Assembly: GCA_964291625.2 (NCBI GenBank)
Contig: OZ220089.1
Location: 3,680,001 to 3,744,000, forward strand
Length of the DNA: 64,000 nt
Reading direction: 5' to 3'
From: Candidatus Latescibacterota bacterium
Lineage (GTDB): Bacteria; Latescibacterota; UBA2968; UBA8231
Shown: positions 55,129 through 64,000 of the stretch, piece by piece
Layout of the letters: every line of letters begins with the position of its first letter
Position numbering within the stretch: the stretch's first letter is position 1
The notes under the pieces: generated by a model
The model's database searches: none
Told to the model about the DNA's origin: nothing
Seen by the model: the letters and a program-made list of their open reading frames with translations, nothing else
Program-made: the position numbers and the translations under genes

Positions 55129-56117
55129 GGGCCCGGCCCCGGCGCGTCGGCCCGCTGGCGGAAGACCTGCTCGATGACCTCCTCGATGGGGGGCTCGGCC
55201 ACCGTCAGGTCGGCCACGGGCAGCTCCGCCAGCAGCCGCGCCGTCACCTGGGCCGCCTCCGCCTTGGGCACCGACAGGGTCGCCCGGCTGCCCTCGACGC
55301 GCACATCGTGGCCGAAGGCGGCCAGGCCCGGGTCCTCGCGCTCGAGGTCGACGACGATCGTCTTGTGGGGCGAGAACCGCCGCACCAGCTCGGAGAGGGC
55401 GCCGTCGAAGAGCAGCTGTCCGTGGTGGATGACGACGACGCGCTCGCAGAGGGCCTCCACGTCGGCCATGTAGTGGCTGGTGAGCAGCACCGTCGCCCCC
55501 GAGGCGCGGTTGTGCCCGGCCACGAAGGAGCGGATGCGGCGCTGCATGGTCACGTCGAGGCCGAGGGTGGGCTCGTCGAGGAAGAGGATCTTCGGCCGGT
55601 GGAGCAGGGCCACGGCGATCTCGCACTTCATGCGCTCGCCGAGGGACAGGTTGCGCACCGGCTTGCGCAGCAGCTCGGCCAGCTCCAGCAGCTCGGTGAG
55701 CTCGTCCACGGTGCGGCGGAATTCGCCCGCCTCCAGCCGGTAGATGGCGCGGTTGCGCTCGAAGGAGTCGGCCACCGGCAGGTCCCACACGAGCTGGTTG
55801 CGGTTGCCCATGACCAGGGTGATCTGGCGCAGGAACTCGCGCTGCCGGCGGAAGGGCTCGAAGCCGAGGACCCGGGCCCGCCCCGCCGTCGGGTTCAACA
55901 GGCCGGAGAGCATCTTCAGGGCCGTCGTCTTGCCGGCGCCGTTGGGGCCCAGGAAGCCGACGATCTCCCCCGGCTCGACGGAGAAGGAGAGCTCGCGCAC
56001 CGCCTCGACCTCCCGGTGGCGCCGGCGCACCAGGCTGCGCGCCGCGTTCCACAGGCCGGGGTCGCGCTCGGGGACGCGGTAGGTCTTGGAGAGGGACTCG
56101 CAGGTCAGGGCCGCCAT
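55125..56117 (-). CDS. ABC transporter ATP-binding protein
   Basis: GPNGAGKTT, LSLGERMK, FLDEPTLGLD, TSHYM. Confidence 0.93.
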   Translation of the reverse strand: MAALTCESLSKTYRVPERDPGLWNAARSLVRRRHREVEAVRELSFSVEPGEIVGFLGPNGAGKTTALKMLSGLLNPTAGRARVLGFEPFRRQREFLRQITLVMGNRNQLVWDLPVADSFERNRAIYRLEAGEFRRTVDELTELLELAELLRKPVRNLSLGERMKCEIAVALLHRPKILFLDEPTLGLDVTMQRRIRSFVAGHNRASGATVLLTSHYMADVEALCERVVVIHHGQLLFDGALSELVRRFSPHKTIVVDLEREDPGLAAFGHDVRVEGSRATLSVPKAEAAQVTARLLAELPVADLTVAEPPIEEVIEQVFRQRADAPGPGP

Positions 56118-56149
56118 GCCGCTACCCTAGGCGGAGCGCGGCGGGCCCG

Positions 56150-57733
56150 TCAATCGAGCCCCAGGTCGGCGGCGATCACCTGCCAGGCGTTGTACCCCGG
56201 CAGCCCGGTGATGTTGCCCGAGGGATGGCAGGAGGAGCCGCACAGGTAGAGGCGCTCCAGGTATCCCCGGTAGTGGCCGGCCCCCGGGAAGGGCCGGTGG
56301 TAGCCGCTCTGGCCGTGGCCGAGGGAGCCCACCAGCAGGTCGCCGCCGCGCATGTTCGGCAGCCGCCGGGGGATCTCGTTCACGGGCCGGACCATGGATC
56401 CACGTACGACGTCGGGCAGGTTCGGGGCGAAGCGGGACCAGGCCTCGAGGATGCGGCCGCCGTGGGGCTCGGCCTCCGCCTCCCAGTTGGCGGCGCGGCC
56501 ACGCAGGCGGAAGGGCGCCTTCTGCCACATGAAGGCGGTGTGGGCGCCCTCCGGGGCCTGGGCGGGATCGAACCGGCTCGGGCAGGACCCCCAGGTCACC
56601 ATCGGCGGCAGGCGGCCCTGCTCGTGGGCGGAGACCATGTCGTCGAGGTCGGCCACCGACCGCAGGCCGAGGATGACCATGAAGGCGTCGGCGAGGGCGG
56701 GATCGGTGAGGGCGGCCGAGTACGCGGGGGGCTCGTCGAGGTTGAGGTAGAGTCCGAAGAGGGGGGCCAGCAGGTTGTAGCGGAAGGCGGCGGCCCGGTC
56801 GCGCCAGGGGTTGGGCAGGTGCTCGGGATCGATGAGGTCGAGGAAGGTCTGCTGCGGGTTGAGGCTGGAGGCGACGAAGTGGCGGGCGCCGATCCGCTCT
56901 CCGTCGGCGGTGACCACCCCGGCGGCCCTCCCCGGGCCGTCCCCCGCGGCGGGCTCCACGAGGACGCGGGCCGGCTCGACGCCGGTGCGGACCTCGCCGC
57001 CGGCCTCGGTGACCGCGCGGACCAGGGCTTCGGCCAGCCGGGCCGACCCGCCGGCGCACATCTGCGCCTTGCCGCGGGCGGCCAGCAGCGCCGGGATGTG
57101 GTGGCCGAAGCCGCGGGCCGTGGGCTCGACCTCGCGCAGGCCGTTGAAGAACAGGAGACCGGCCTGGACCGCGGGGCTCTCGAACTCGCGCAGCACTAAC
57201 TCCCGCGGCGACAGGGCGCTCGTCTGCAGCAGCAGGCGGCCCTCGGCGGTCGACTCCAGGCGGCGCCGGCGCTCCCGGGGCGGCGGGGGCGGCGCCTGGG
57301 CCTCGGGCTCGAGGATGCGCGTCACCACCGGCCGGAAGGCGTCGCGCCAGCGGCGCAGGGTGTCGGCGTCGCGGCGGCTGAAGCGGGCGAAGGACTCGGC
57401 GGTGCGCTCGAAGTCGGTCCACCAGGTCAGGGACCGGCCGTCGGCCAGCAGCAGGGCCACGTTCAGGTCGGGCTCCAGGTAGCGGGCGCCGCGCCGCTCC
57501 AGCTCGAGGCCTGTGTACCAGGGCATCCGGGTCACGCCGCGGTGGTAGAAGGAGTGGGTGTTGTGCAGGAATCCGGAGCCCGCCGGCCACTCCTCGGTGC
57601 GCAGCCCGCCGCCGGCGACGTCGCTGCGCTCCAGGCAGACCACGTGCAGGCCGGCACGGCAGAGGTACGCCTGCAGGATCAGGCCGTTGTGGCCGGCCCC
57701 GAGGATGATGCCGTCGCAGGTGGTGTCCGCCAT
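56150..57733 (-). CDS. Phytoene-dehydrogenase-like NAD(P)/FAD oxidoreductase
   Basis: ILGAGHNGL, LYLCGSSCHPSGNITGLPGYNA. Confidence 0.88.
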   Translation of the reverse strand: MADTTCDGIILGAGHNGLILQAYLCRAGLHVVCLERSDVAGGGLRTEEWPAGSGFLHNTHSFYHRGVTRMPWYTGLELERRGARYLEPDLNVALLLADGRSLTWWTDFERTAESFARFSRRDADTLRRWRDAFRPVVTRILEPEAQAPPPPPRERRRRLESTAEGRLLLQTSALSPRELVLREFESPAVQAGLLFFNGLREVEPTARGFGHHIPALLAARGKAQMCAGGSARLAEALVRAVTEAGGEVRTGVEPARVLVEPAAGDGPGRAAGVVTADGERIGARHFVASSLNPQQTFLDLIDPEHLPNPWRDRAAAFRYNLLAPLFGLYLNLDEPPAYSAALTDPALADAFMVILGLRSVADLDDMVSAHEQGRLPPMVTWGSCPSRFDPAQAPEGAHTAFMWQKAPFRLRGRAANWEAEAEPHGGRILEAWSRFAPNLPDVVRGSMVRPVNEIPRRLPNMRGGDLLVGSLGHGQSGYHRPFPGAGHYRGYLERLYLCGSSCHPSGNITGLPGYNAWQVIAADLGLD

Positions 57734-57743
57734 GCCGGCGGCG

Positions 57744-58928
57744 CTATCCGGACTCCTGGAGAGCTGCGGCCATTTCACGCAGGCCGATCGCCTCCACGTC
57801 CTCCGACAGCGGGTAGCGCTCGTCCCCCGAATAGACGATGAAGGACCGCTCCGGCTCGATGTCGCCGCGGGCATGGTGGAAGCCGCGGCTCGGACGGGGG
57901 GTCAGGCCGAGCTTGATCTCGATGGCCCAGGGTTGGCGCCTGCCCGGCAGCTCGAGCACCAGGTCGATCTCGGCACCGGCCTGGGTGCGAAAGAAGCTGG
58001 CCGCCGTACCGGGGGGTACCGCGGCCAGCAGGTTCTCGATCACGAACCCTTCCCAACTGGCGCCGGCCACGGGATGGCCGGCGAGGGCGTTGTGGTCTTC
58101 GATGCCGAGCAGGGCGTGGACCAGACCGCTGTCGCGGACGTAGACCTTGGGGGACTTGACCAGCCGCTTGCGGATGTTGGCGTGGAAGGGCCGCAGCCGC
58201 CGCACCAGCAGCAAGTCGACCAGCAGATCGATGTACCCCGTCACCGTCGGACTGCTCACCCCCAGGCTGGCCGCCAGCCTGGACGCGTTCAGGAGCCCGC
58301 CCTGGCCGTGGGCCAGCATCGTCCACAATCGCTCCAGGGTCTCAGCCGGCAGGCGCCGCTGGGTGAACTCGGAGACGTCGCGCTGCAGGTAGGTGCGGAT
58401 GAAATCGCGGCGGAAGGCGAGGCTGTCGGCATCGCCGGCCGCCAGCAGGCTGTCGGGAAACCCTCCGCGCACCCAGAGCGCCGCCATCGGCGTCGTCGCG
58501 GCGGTGACGTCGAGCACGTCGAGCGGGTTGAGCGGCACGTACTCGATGCGTCCGGCCAGGCTCTCCCCCGACTGCCTGAGCAGGTCCATGGACGCCGATC
58601 CCAGGATCAGGAAGCGCCCCCTGCCCTTCCCTGCCCGCCGGCCCCGGTCGATCAGGCCGCGCAACTCCTGAAACAACTCGGGCGCACGGTGGATCTCGTC
58701 GAGAATGACCAGGCGATCCTCGTACTCGGAGAGGAACAGGGCCGGGTCGGCGAGCTTGGCGCGGTCGGCGCCGGCTTCCAGATCGAGGTAGACGGCCTCG
58801 GTCTGCTCCGCGATCGCGTGAGCCAGGGTGGTCTTGCCGATCTGCCGCGGCCCGATAAGGGCGACCGCCGCCTGGCGCTTCAAGGCGGCTCTGGTCAGTT
58901 TATCTGCTCGGCGAGCAATCATTGTCAT
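57744..58928 (-). CDS. AAA_14/DUF4143 ATP-binding protein
   Basis: GPRQIGKTT, ILDEIH, ESLAGR, RGGFP, KSPKVYVRDSG, EIDLV...IEIK. Confidence 0.92.
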   Translation of the reverse strand: MTMIARRADKLTRAALKRQAAVALIGPRQIGKTTLAHAIAEQTEAVYLDLEAGADRAKLADPALFLSEYEDRLVILDEIHRAPELFQELRGLIDRGRRAGKGRGRFLILGSASMDLLRQSGESLAGRIEYVPLNPLDVLDVTAATTPMAALWVRGGFPDSLLAAGDADSLAFRRDFIRTYLQRDVSEFTQRRLPAETLERLWTMLAHGQGGLLNASRLAASLGVSSPTVTGYIDLLVDLLLVRRLRPFHANIRKRLVKSPKVYVRDSGLVHALLGIEDHNALAGHPVAGASWEGFVIENLLAAVPPGTAASFFRTQAGAEIDLVLELPGRRQPWAIEIKLGLTPRPSRGFHHARGDIEPERSFIVYSGDERYPLSEDVEAIGLREMAAALQESG

Positions 58929-59017
58929 TGAAAATCTAAAGTGAAAGTTTCAAAAAACAAGGATAACGCTTCTCCTCGGCTTGATCCCCGCCGGACCGTA
59001 GGCGACTCTATGCGCCC

Positions 59018-60247
59018 ATGAGCCGCTCCGTCGACGCCTCCTGGGCCCTCTACGACCGCGCCGCCGAGGTCATCCCCCTGGGGACGCAGACCCACAGCAA
59101 GGCGCCGCGGGAGGCGCTGCGCGGCGTCGAGCCCTGCTTCATCGAGCGCGGCGCCGGCTGCCGCCTCTGGGACATGGACGGCAACGAGTACATCGACTTC
59201 CGCTGCGGTCTCGGGCCGATCAGCCTCGGGTACGCCCACCCGGCCGTGGTCGAGGCCGTGCGCCGCCAGATCGGCGACGGCAGCGTCTTCAGCTACGCCC
59301 ACCCCCTGGAGGTCGAGGTCGCCGAGCGCCTGGTGGAGGTCGTCCCCTGCGCCGAGAGCGTCCGCTTCCTCAAGACGGGGGGCGAGGCGATGGCCGCGGC
59401 CCACCGCCTGGCCCGGGCCTGCACCGGCCGCGACCTGATCCTCGCCTGCGGCTACCACGGCTGGGTCAACTCCATGGGCCGGGCGGGTGTGCCGGCGGCC
59501 ATGGGCAACCTCTACCGCGACCTGCCCTGGGGACGGCCCGACGCCTTCGAGGCCGCTTTCGACGAACTGGGAGGGGATCGCGTCGCCGCCGTCAGCGTCG
59601 CCTGCGGGTACGCCGACATCGAGGCCGGGCACCAGTTCCTGCCGGCCCTGAGGGCGCTCACCGAGCGCCACGGCGCCCTGCTCGTCTTCGACGAGATCGT
59701 CACCGGCTTCCGCCTGCGCCGGGCCGGGGCCCAGGAGTACTTCGGCGTCACCCCCGACCTGGCCGTCTTCGCCAAGGGGCTCTCCAACGGCGTGCCCCTC
59801 TCCTGCTACCTGGGACGGCGGGACCTGATGGAGAGCGTCACCGACGTGGTCGTCTCCTCCACCTTCGGCGGCGACACCCTCGGTCTGGCGGCGGCGCGCG
59901 CCGTCCTCGAGGTGTACGAACAGCAGGACGTGATCGGGGTCCTGTGGGAGCGGGGCCGGCAGCTCCACGCCGGTCTGGAGACGATCGCCGGCCGCCTGGG
60001 GGTGGACGCCGGTTTCCGCGGCCTGCCGCCGGCCGGGTACCTGGACCTGCCCTCCCCGGAGGCCCGGCTCGCCTTCGAGGAGGAGTGTCTGCGCCGCGGC
60101 GTCATCCCCTACAGCTTGTTCTACCTCAACTTCTCCCACGGCCCCGCCGACGTGGACGAGGCCCTGGGCGTCGTCGAGGAGGCCCTCGCCGTGGTCAGGG
60201 ATCGGGGGCTGCTGGCCGCGGCGCTGGAGCAGGCCCCGCCGCGATGA
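59018..60247 (+). CDS. Class III PLP aminotransferase (GSA-aminomutase-like paralog)
   Basis: GTQTHSK, KTGGEA, GYHGW, FDEIVTGFR, AKGLSNG.P, SSTFGG. Confidence 0.85.
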   Translation: MSRSVDASWALYDRAAEVIPLGTQTHSKAPREALRGVEPCFIERGAGCRLWDMDGNEYIDFRCGLGPISLGYAHPAVVEAVRRQIGDGSVFSYAHPLEVEVAERLVEVVPCAESVRFLKTGGEAMAAAHRLARACTGRDLILACGYHGWVNSMGRAGVPAAMGNLYRDLPWGRPDAFEAAFDELGGDRVAAVSVACGYADIEAGHQFLPALRALTERHGALLVFDEIVTGFRLRRAGAQEYFGVTPDLAVFAKGLSNGVPLSCYLGRRDLMESVTDVVVSSTFGGDTLGLAAARAVLEVYEQQDVIGVLWERGRQLHAGLETIAGRLGVDAGFRGLPPAGYLDLPSPEARLAFEEECLRRGVIPYSLFYLNFSHGPADVDEALGVVEEALAVVRDRGLLAAALEQAPPR

Positions 60248-60281
60248 GCCCGCGGCGCGACTCCTTCCCGGGATCCTTCCG

Positions 60282-61208
60282 GTGACGGCCCCGGCCGCCC
60301 CGGCGCGGGTCCTGGTCCTCGGCGGCATCAACATGGGCCTGATCACCCGCGCCGAAGCCCTTCCGGCCCCGGGGCAGACCCTGCGCGGCGAGCGCTTCTA
60401 CAGCTCCCCCGGCGGCAAGGGGGCGACCCAGGCGGTGGCCGCTTCGCGGCTGGGTGCGCGGGTCCGCATGGTGGGGCGCGTCGGCGGCGACCTCTTCGGC
60501 CCCGCCCTCCTCGAGTCCCTGCGCTCCCACCGGGTCGACACCGCGGACGTCGCCGTCGATGCGGAAGCGGCTTCCGGGGTGGGCGTCATCCTCGTCGACG
60601 GCCGCGGCCAGAACCGGGTCCTGGCAACGTACGGGGCCAACCTGCGCTGCGGCGAGGAGCAGTTGCGGGCGGTGGAGGCCGCCCTCCCCGAGACCGACGT
60701 GCTGCTGCTGCAGATGGAGATCCCCTTCGATGTATCCGTGAGGGCGGCGAGAGCGGCCAGGGACCGGGGGGTCCGGGTCATCCTCGACCCGGCGCCGGCG
60801 GCCGACATACCGGCGGAGGCCTTCGCGGCCTTCGACATCATCGCGCCGAACCAGCCGGAGGCGGAGCACCTGGTGGGCGTCGCCGTCGACGACGTGGAGT
60901 CCGCCTCCCGGGCCGCGGGCCTGCTGATGGAGCGGGGGGCTCCGGCGGCGGTGATCAAGATGGCGGAGCTGGGTGCCTGCTACCGGACCGCCGATGAGGA
61001 GGGGTTCGTCCCGCCCTTCGCCGTCGAAGCCGTGGACACCACCTCCGCGGGAGACGCCTTCCACGGCGCTCTGGCGGTGGCCCTGGCCGAGGGCGGGAGC
61101 CTGCGCGAGGCCGTCACTTTCGCTTCCGCCGCCGGCGCCCTGGCCGTGACCCGGCCCGGCGTGCAGGACTCCATGCCGGCGCGCACCGAGGTCGAGGAGG
61201 CCCTGTGA
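60282..61208 (+). CDS. rbsK: Ribokinase (PfkB family)
   Basis: [40 protein letters not shown]. Confidence 0.85.
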   Translation: MTAPAAPARVLVLGGINMGLITRAEALPAPGQTLRGERFYSSPGGKGATQAVAASRLGARVRMVGRVGGDLFGPALLESLRSHRVDTADVAVDAEAASGVGVILVDGRGQNRVLATYGANLRCGEEQLRAVEAALPETDVLLLQMEIPFDVSVRAARAARDRGVRVILDPAPAADIPAEAFAAFDIIAPNQPEAEHLVGVAVDDVESASRAAGLLMERGAPAAVIKMAELGACYRTADEEGFVPPFAVEAVDTTSAGDAFHGALAVALAEGGSLREAVTFASAAGALAVTRPGVQDSMPARTEVEEAL

Positions 61209-61975
61209 AGATCGCCACCTGGAACGTGAACTCCATCAAGGTGCGGCTGCCGCAGCTGCTGCAGTGGCTGGAGGCCGAGGCGCCGGACCTGATGGGGCTG
61301 CAGGAGACCAAGGTCGTGGACGAGGTCTTTCCCTCGGCGGAGCTGGAGGAGGCCGGGTACCACGCCGCCATCAGCGGCCAGAAGGCCTACAACGGCGTCG
61401 CCCTCCTCAGCCGCGAGCCGGCTGCCGACGTGGTGACCGACCTGCCGGGCATGGAGGACCCGCAGCGGCGGGTGCTGGGGGCCACGGTGGGGGGGCTTCG
61501 CTTCCTGAACCTGTACGTGCCCAACGGCCAGAGCGTGGGCTCCGACAAGTACGCCTACAAGCTGGAGTGGCTGGGCCGCTGCCGGGAGTACGTGGAGGAC
61601 CAGTTGACCCGGCACGAGCGGCTGGTGGTGGTGGGCGACTTCAACGTCGCCCCCGAGGACCGGGACGTGCACGACCCGGCCCTGTGGGCCGACTCGGTGC
61701 TGTTCTCCAACGCCGAGCGCGAGGCCTTCGCCGGCCTCCTGGCCACCGGCCTGACCGACGCCTTCCGGCTGTTCCCCCAGGAGGAGGGGACCTTCTCCTG
61801 GTGGGACTACCGCATGGGCGCCTTCCGCCGCAACCGCGGGTTGCGCATCGACCACATCCTGCTCTCGGAGGCCCTGCGCGGCACCTGCACCTCCTGCCGC
61901 ATCGACCGCGAGCCCCGGAGGTGGACCAAGCCCTCCGACCACGCCCCGGTGGTGGCCGAGGTGGCCGGCTCCTGA
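61205..61975 (+). CDS. xth: Exodeoxyribonuclease III
   Basis: [43 protein letters not shown]. Confidence 0.95.
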   Translation: MKIATWNVNSIKVRLPQLLQWLEAEAPDLMGLQETKVVDEVFPSAELEEAGYHAAISGQKAYNGVALLSREPAADVVTDLPGMEDPQRRVLGATVGGLRFLNLYVPNGQSVGSDKYAYKLEWLGRCREYVEDQLTRHERLVVVGDFNVAPEDRDVHDPALWADSVLFSNAEREAFAGLLATGLTDAFRLFPQEEGTFSWWDYRMGAFRRNRGLRIDHILLSEALRGTCTSCRIDREPRRWTKPSDHAPVVAEVAGS

Positions 61976-61990
61976 AGGCAGGCGGCCCCT

Positions 61991-64000
61991 CTACCTCACA
62001 TGCAGGGTATAGGGGCCGGTTTCGTCCTGGTTCAGGCCTTCCACCCGGATGTAGTAGGTTCCGGCCTGCAGGGAGGCCCTCACGCGGAAGTTCGACCCCT
62101 CTCCGGCATCGTCGTCCCTGGCCAGGACCGTGCCTGCACCATCCACGATGTAGCCGAAGGTGTCGAGGTCTCCGGCCGTAGAGGCGACCACGGTGTACCC
62201 CGAGTCGAGGTCGATCCGGAAGTAGTCGACGTCACCCGGTTCCAAGGCGCCCAGAGTCGAGCTTCCCACCGAGACGGGAGTCGCCTCCTCGCGGCTGTCG
62301 CCGTGCGCGTCCGTAGCCACATGCAGGGTGTATGGACCGGTCTCGGCATTGGCGAAGCCCCGGACCCGGATGTAGTAGGTGCCCGAATCAACGACAGCGG
62401 TGACCCGGAAGTTGGGCCCTCCTCTCGAGTCGTCGTTGCTCGCCACGACGGTGCCCGTGCTGTCCTCGATGGTGCCGTGGGTGTCCTGATCGCCCGTGGC
62501 CCAGGCGGCCAGGATCCCCACCCGGCTGACCTCGAAGCGGAAGTAGTCGACGTCATTCGGTTCCAGCTCGCCCTGTGTCGCGCTGCCCGGAGCCACCAGC
62601 GTCGCCGACGAGCGGGTGTCGCCGTGGTCGGCCAAGGCGGCGGGCCTGTCGAGGGCGATCCAGACGGGCCCCTCCAGGTCGGTGACGAGGTCTTCGACCT
62701 GGGAGCCGTCGAGGTTGGCGCGCTGGATCTTGTCGGTGACCGGATCCGCCCAGTAGATCTTGCTCTCGGCGCCGTCCACCGCCAACCCCCGAGGCATTCG
62801 CAGTCCCGTGGTGACGAGGTCTTCGACCTGGGAGCCGTCGAGGTTGGCTCGCTGGATCCGGTCGGTGCCGAAGTCGCTCCAGTACATCTTGCCGCCGGCC
62901 ACGTCCAGGGCCAGCCCCGCCGGACTGGTCAGCCCGGTGACGAGATCCTCGATCGCGGAGCCGTCGAGGTTGGCTCGCTGGATCCGGTCGGTGCCGAAGT
63001 CGCTCCAGTACATCTTGCCGCCGGCCACATCCAGGGCCAGCCCGTCGGGGGAGCCCAGGCCGGAGGTGATCAGGTCTTCCACCTCGGAGCCGTCGAACTG
63101 GGCCCGTTGGATCTTGTCGCTCCCCCGGTCGGTCCAGTACATCTGACCGCGGGCGACATCCAGGGCGATGCCGCCGGGGGTGGTCAGTCCCTCGGTGACC
63201 AGGTCTTCGACCTCGGAGCCGTCGAGGTTGGCTCGCTGGATCCGGTCGGTGCCGAAGTCGGTCCAGTACACCTTGCCTCCGGCCTTGTCCACCGCCATGC
63301 CGTAGGGGCTGACCAGGGCGGTGTCGACCAGGTCTTCCACGCCGGAGCCGTCGAGATGGCCGCGCTGAATCTTGTTCGTCGTCCAGTCCGCCCAGTACAT
63401 CCGGGCCCGGGTTCCGCCCAGGGCGATTCCGCGCGGAGCGTCGAGGCCCTGGTCGACGAGGTCCTCGACCTGCGAGCCGTCGAGGTTGGCGCGCTGGATC
63501 TTGTCGGTGCCGTCATCGGACCAGTACACCTTCCTCCCGGCCACGTCGAGGGCCAGGCTCCACGGAGAGGCCACCTCGGTGACCAGATCCTCGACCTGGG
63601 AGCCGTCCAGATTGGCGCGCTGGATCTTGTCGGAGCCCCAGTCCGTCCAGTACATCTTGCCCTCGGCCAGGTCGAGTGCGAGTCCGGCGGGATCGGTCAG
63701 TTCGGTGACCAGATCCTCGACCTGTGAGCCGTTCAGCTTGGCACGCTGGATCTTGTCGGAGCCCCAGTCCGTCCAGTAGATCCTCTCTCCGGCCAGGTCG
63801 AGTGCGAGTCCGGCGGGATCGGTCAGCCCGGTGACCAGATCCTCGACCTCGGAGCCGTCGAGGTTGGCGCGCCGGATCTTGTCCGGGTCCCACTCCGTCC
63901 AGTAGATCCTGCCCCCGCTCGCGTCCAGGGCCAGCGCATAGGGATCGCCCAACTCGGTGAGCACGTCTTCGACCTGGGAGCCGTCGAGGTTGGCGCGCTG
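61991..64000 (-). CDS. LDL-receptor class B (YWTD) repeat protein with two C-terminal PPC-like domains, 5' end outside window
   Basis: At least 10 repeats P.GLALD..GGKMYW.D...KIQRANLDGSQVEDLV, then two DHGD...DVDYFR...DDD...NFR...GTYYIRV domains. Confidence 0.9.
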   Translation of the reverse strand, partial: QRANLDGSQVEDVLTELGDPYALALDASGGRIYWTEWDPDKIRRANLDGSEVEDLVTGLTDPAGLALDLAGERIYWTDWGSDKIQRAKLNGSQVEDLVTELTDPAGLALDLAEGKMYWTDWGSDKIQRANLDGSQVEDLVTEVASPWSLALDVAGRKVYWSDDGTDKIQRANLDGSQVEDLVDQGLDAPRGIALGGTRARMYWADWTTNKIQRGHLDGSGVEDLVDTALVSPYGMAVDKAGGKVYWTDFGTDRIQRANLDGSEVEDLVTEGLTTPGGIALDVARGQMYWTDRGSDKIQRAQFDGSEVEDLITSGLGSPDGLALDVAGGKMYWSDFGTDRIQRANLDGSAIEDLVTGLTSPAGLALDVAGGKMYWSDFGTDRIQRANLDGSQVEDLVTTGLRMPRGLAVDGAESKIYWADPVTDKIQRANLDGSQVEDLVTDLEGPVWIALDRPAALADHGDTRSSATLVAPGSATQGELEPNDVDYFRFEVSRVGILAAWATGDQDTHGTIEDSTGTVVASNDDSRGGPNFRVTAVVDSGTYYIRVRGFANAETGPYTLHVATDAHGDSREEATPVSVGSSTLGALEPGDVDYFRIDLDSGYTVVASTAGDLDTFGYIVDGAGTVLARDDDAGEGSNFRVRASLQAGTYYIRVEGLNQDETGPYTLHVR
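62680..64000. repeat. Intragenic tandem repeat, period about 126-129 bp
   Basis: Near-identical DNA blocks, e.g. GAGCCGTCGAGGTTGGCTCGCTGGATCCGGTCGGTGCCGAAGTCG near 62832, 62958 and 63216, and GTCGAGTGCGAGTCCGGCGGGATCGGTCAG at 63671 and 63797. Confidence 0.85.

Noticed and set aside
59018-60247. Second hemL
   Set aside because: Lacks the PGGVNSPVR and AGTLSGNP motifs, so it is a related class III aminotransferase of unknown substrate.
62680-64000. Regular repeats resembling a CRISPR array
   Set aside because: The period is a multiple of 3 within a coding YWTD gene, the intervening sequences are homologous rather than unique spacers, and no cas genes are present.

Overview
A very GC-rich (roughly 70%) chromosomal segment from a diderm bacterium. 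The YPNPFN-type C-terminal sorting domains, LDL-receptor (YWTD) and ankyrin repeat proteins, several PhyH dioxygenases, sialidases and a sulfatase suggest a Latescibacterota/Poribacteria-like, possibly sponge-associated lineage (inference). The window holds about 55 genes. They include hemL, msrAB, xth, a ribokinase, catabolic enzymes, two TonB receptors, a FitAB/VapBC toxin-antitoxin pair, three accessory AAA ATPases and two deletion-scarred pseudogenes. A cobalamin-riboswitch-controlled uptake and cobamide-remodelling operon (btuB, beta-propeller, pduO, binding protein, btuCD, btuF-like, cbiZ, cbiB) is split by an inverted Fic gene. The most striking unannotated signal is a family of three tiny hydrophobic peptide genes (28, 36 and 39 aa) that the ORF track does not call at their true starts. 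Each has a strong RBS and a near-consensus sigma54 (-24/-12) promoter, and all share a P13-x-A-[VI]-x-[VL]-[CS]-[FY] register. Two are divergent around a palindromic TGT-N10-ACA enhancer-like site. No CRISPR array, tRNA, rRNA or transposase was seen.
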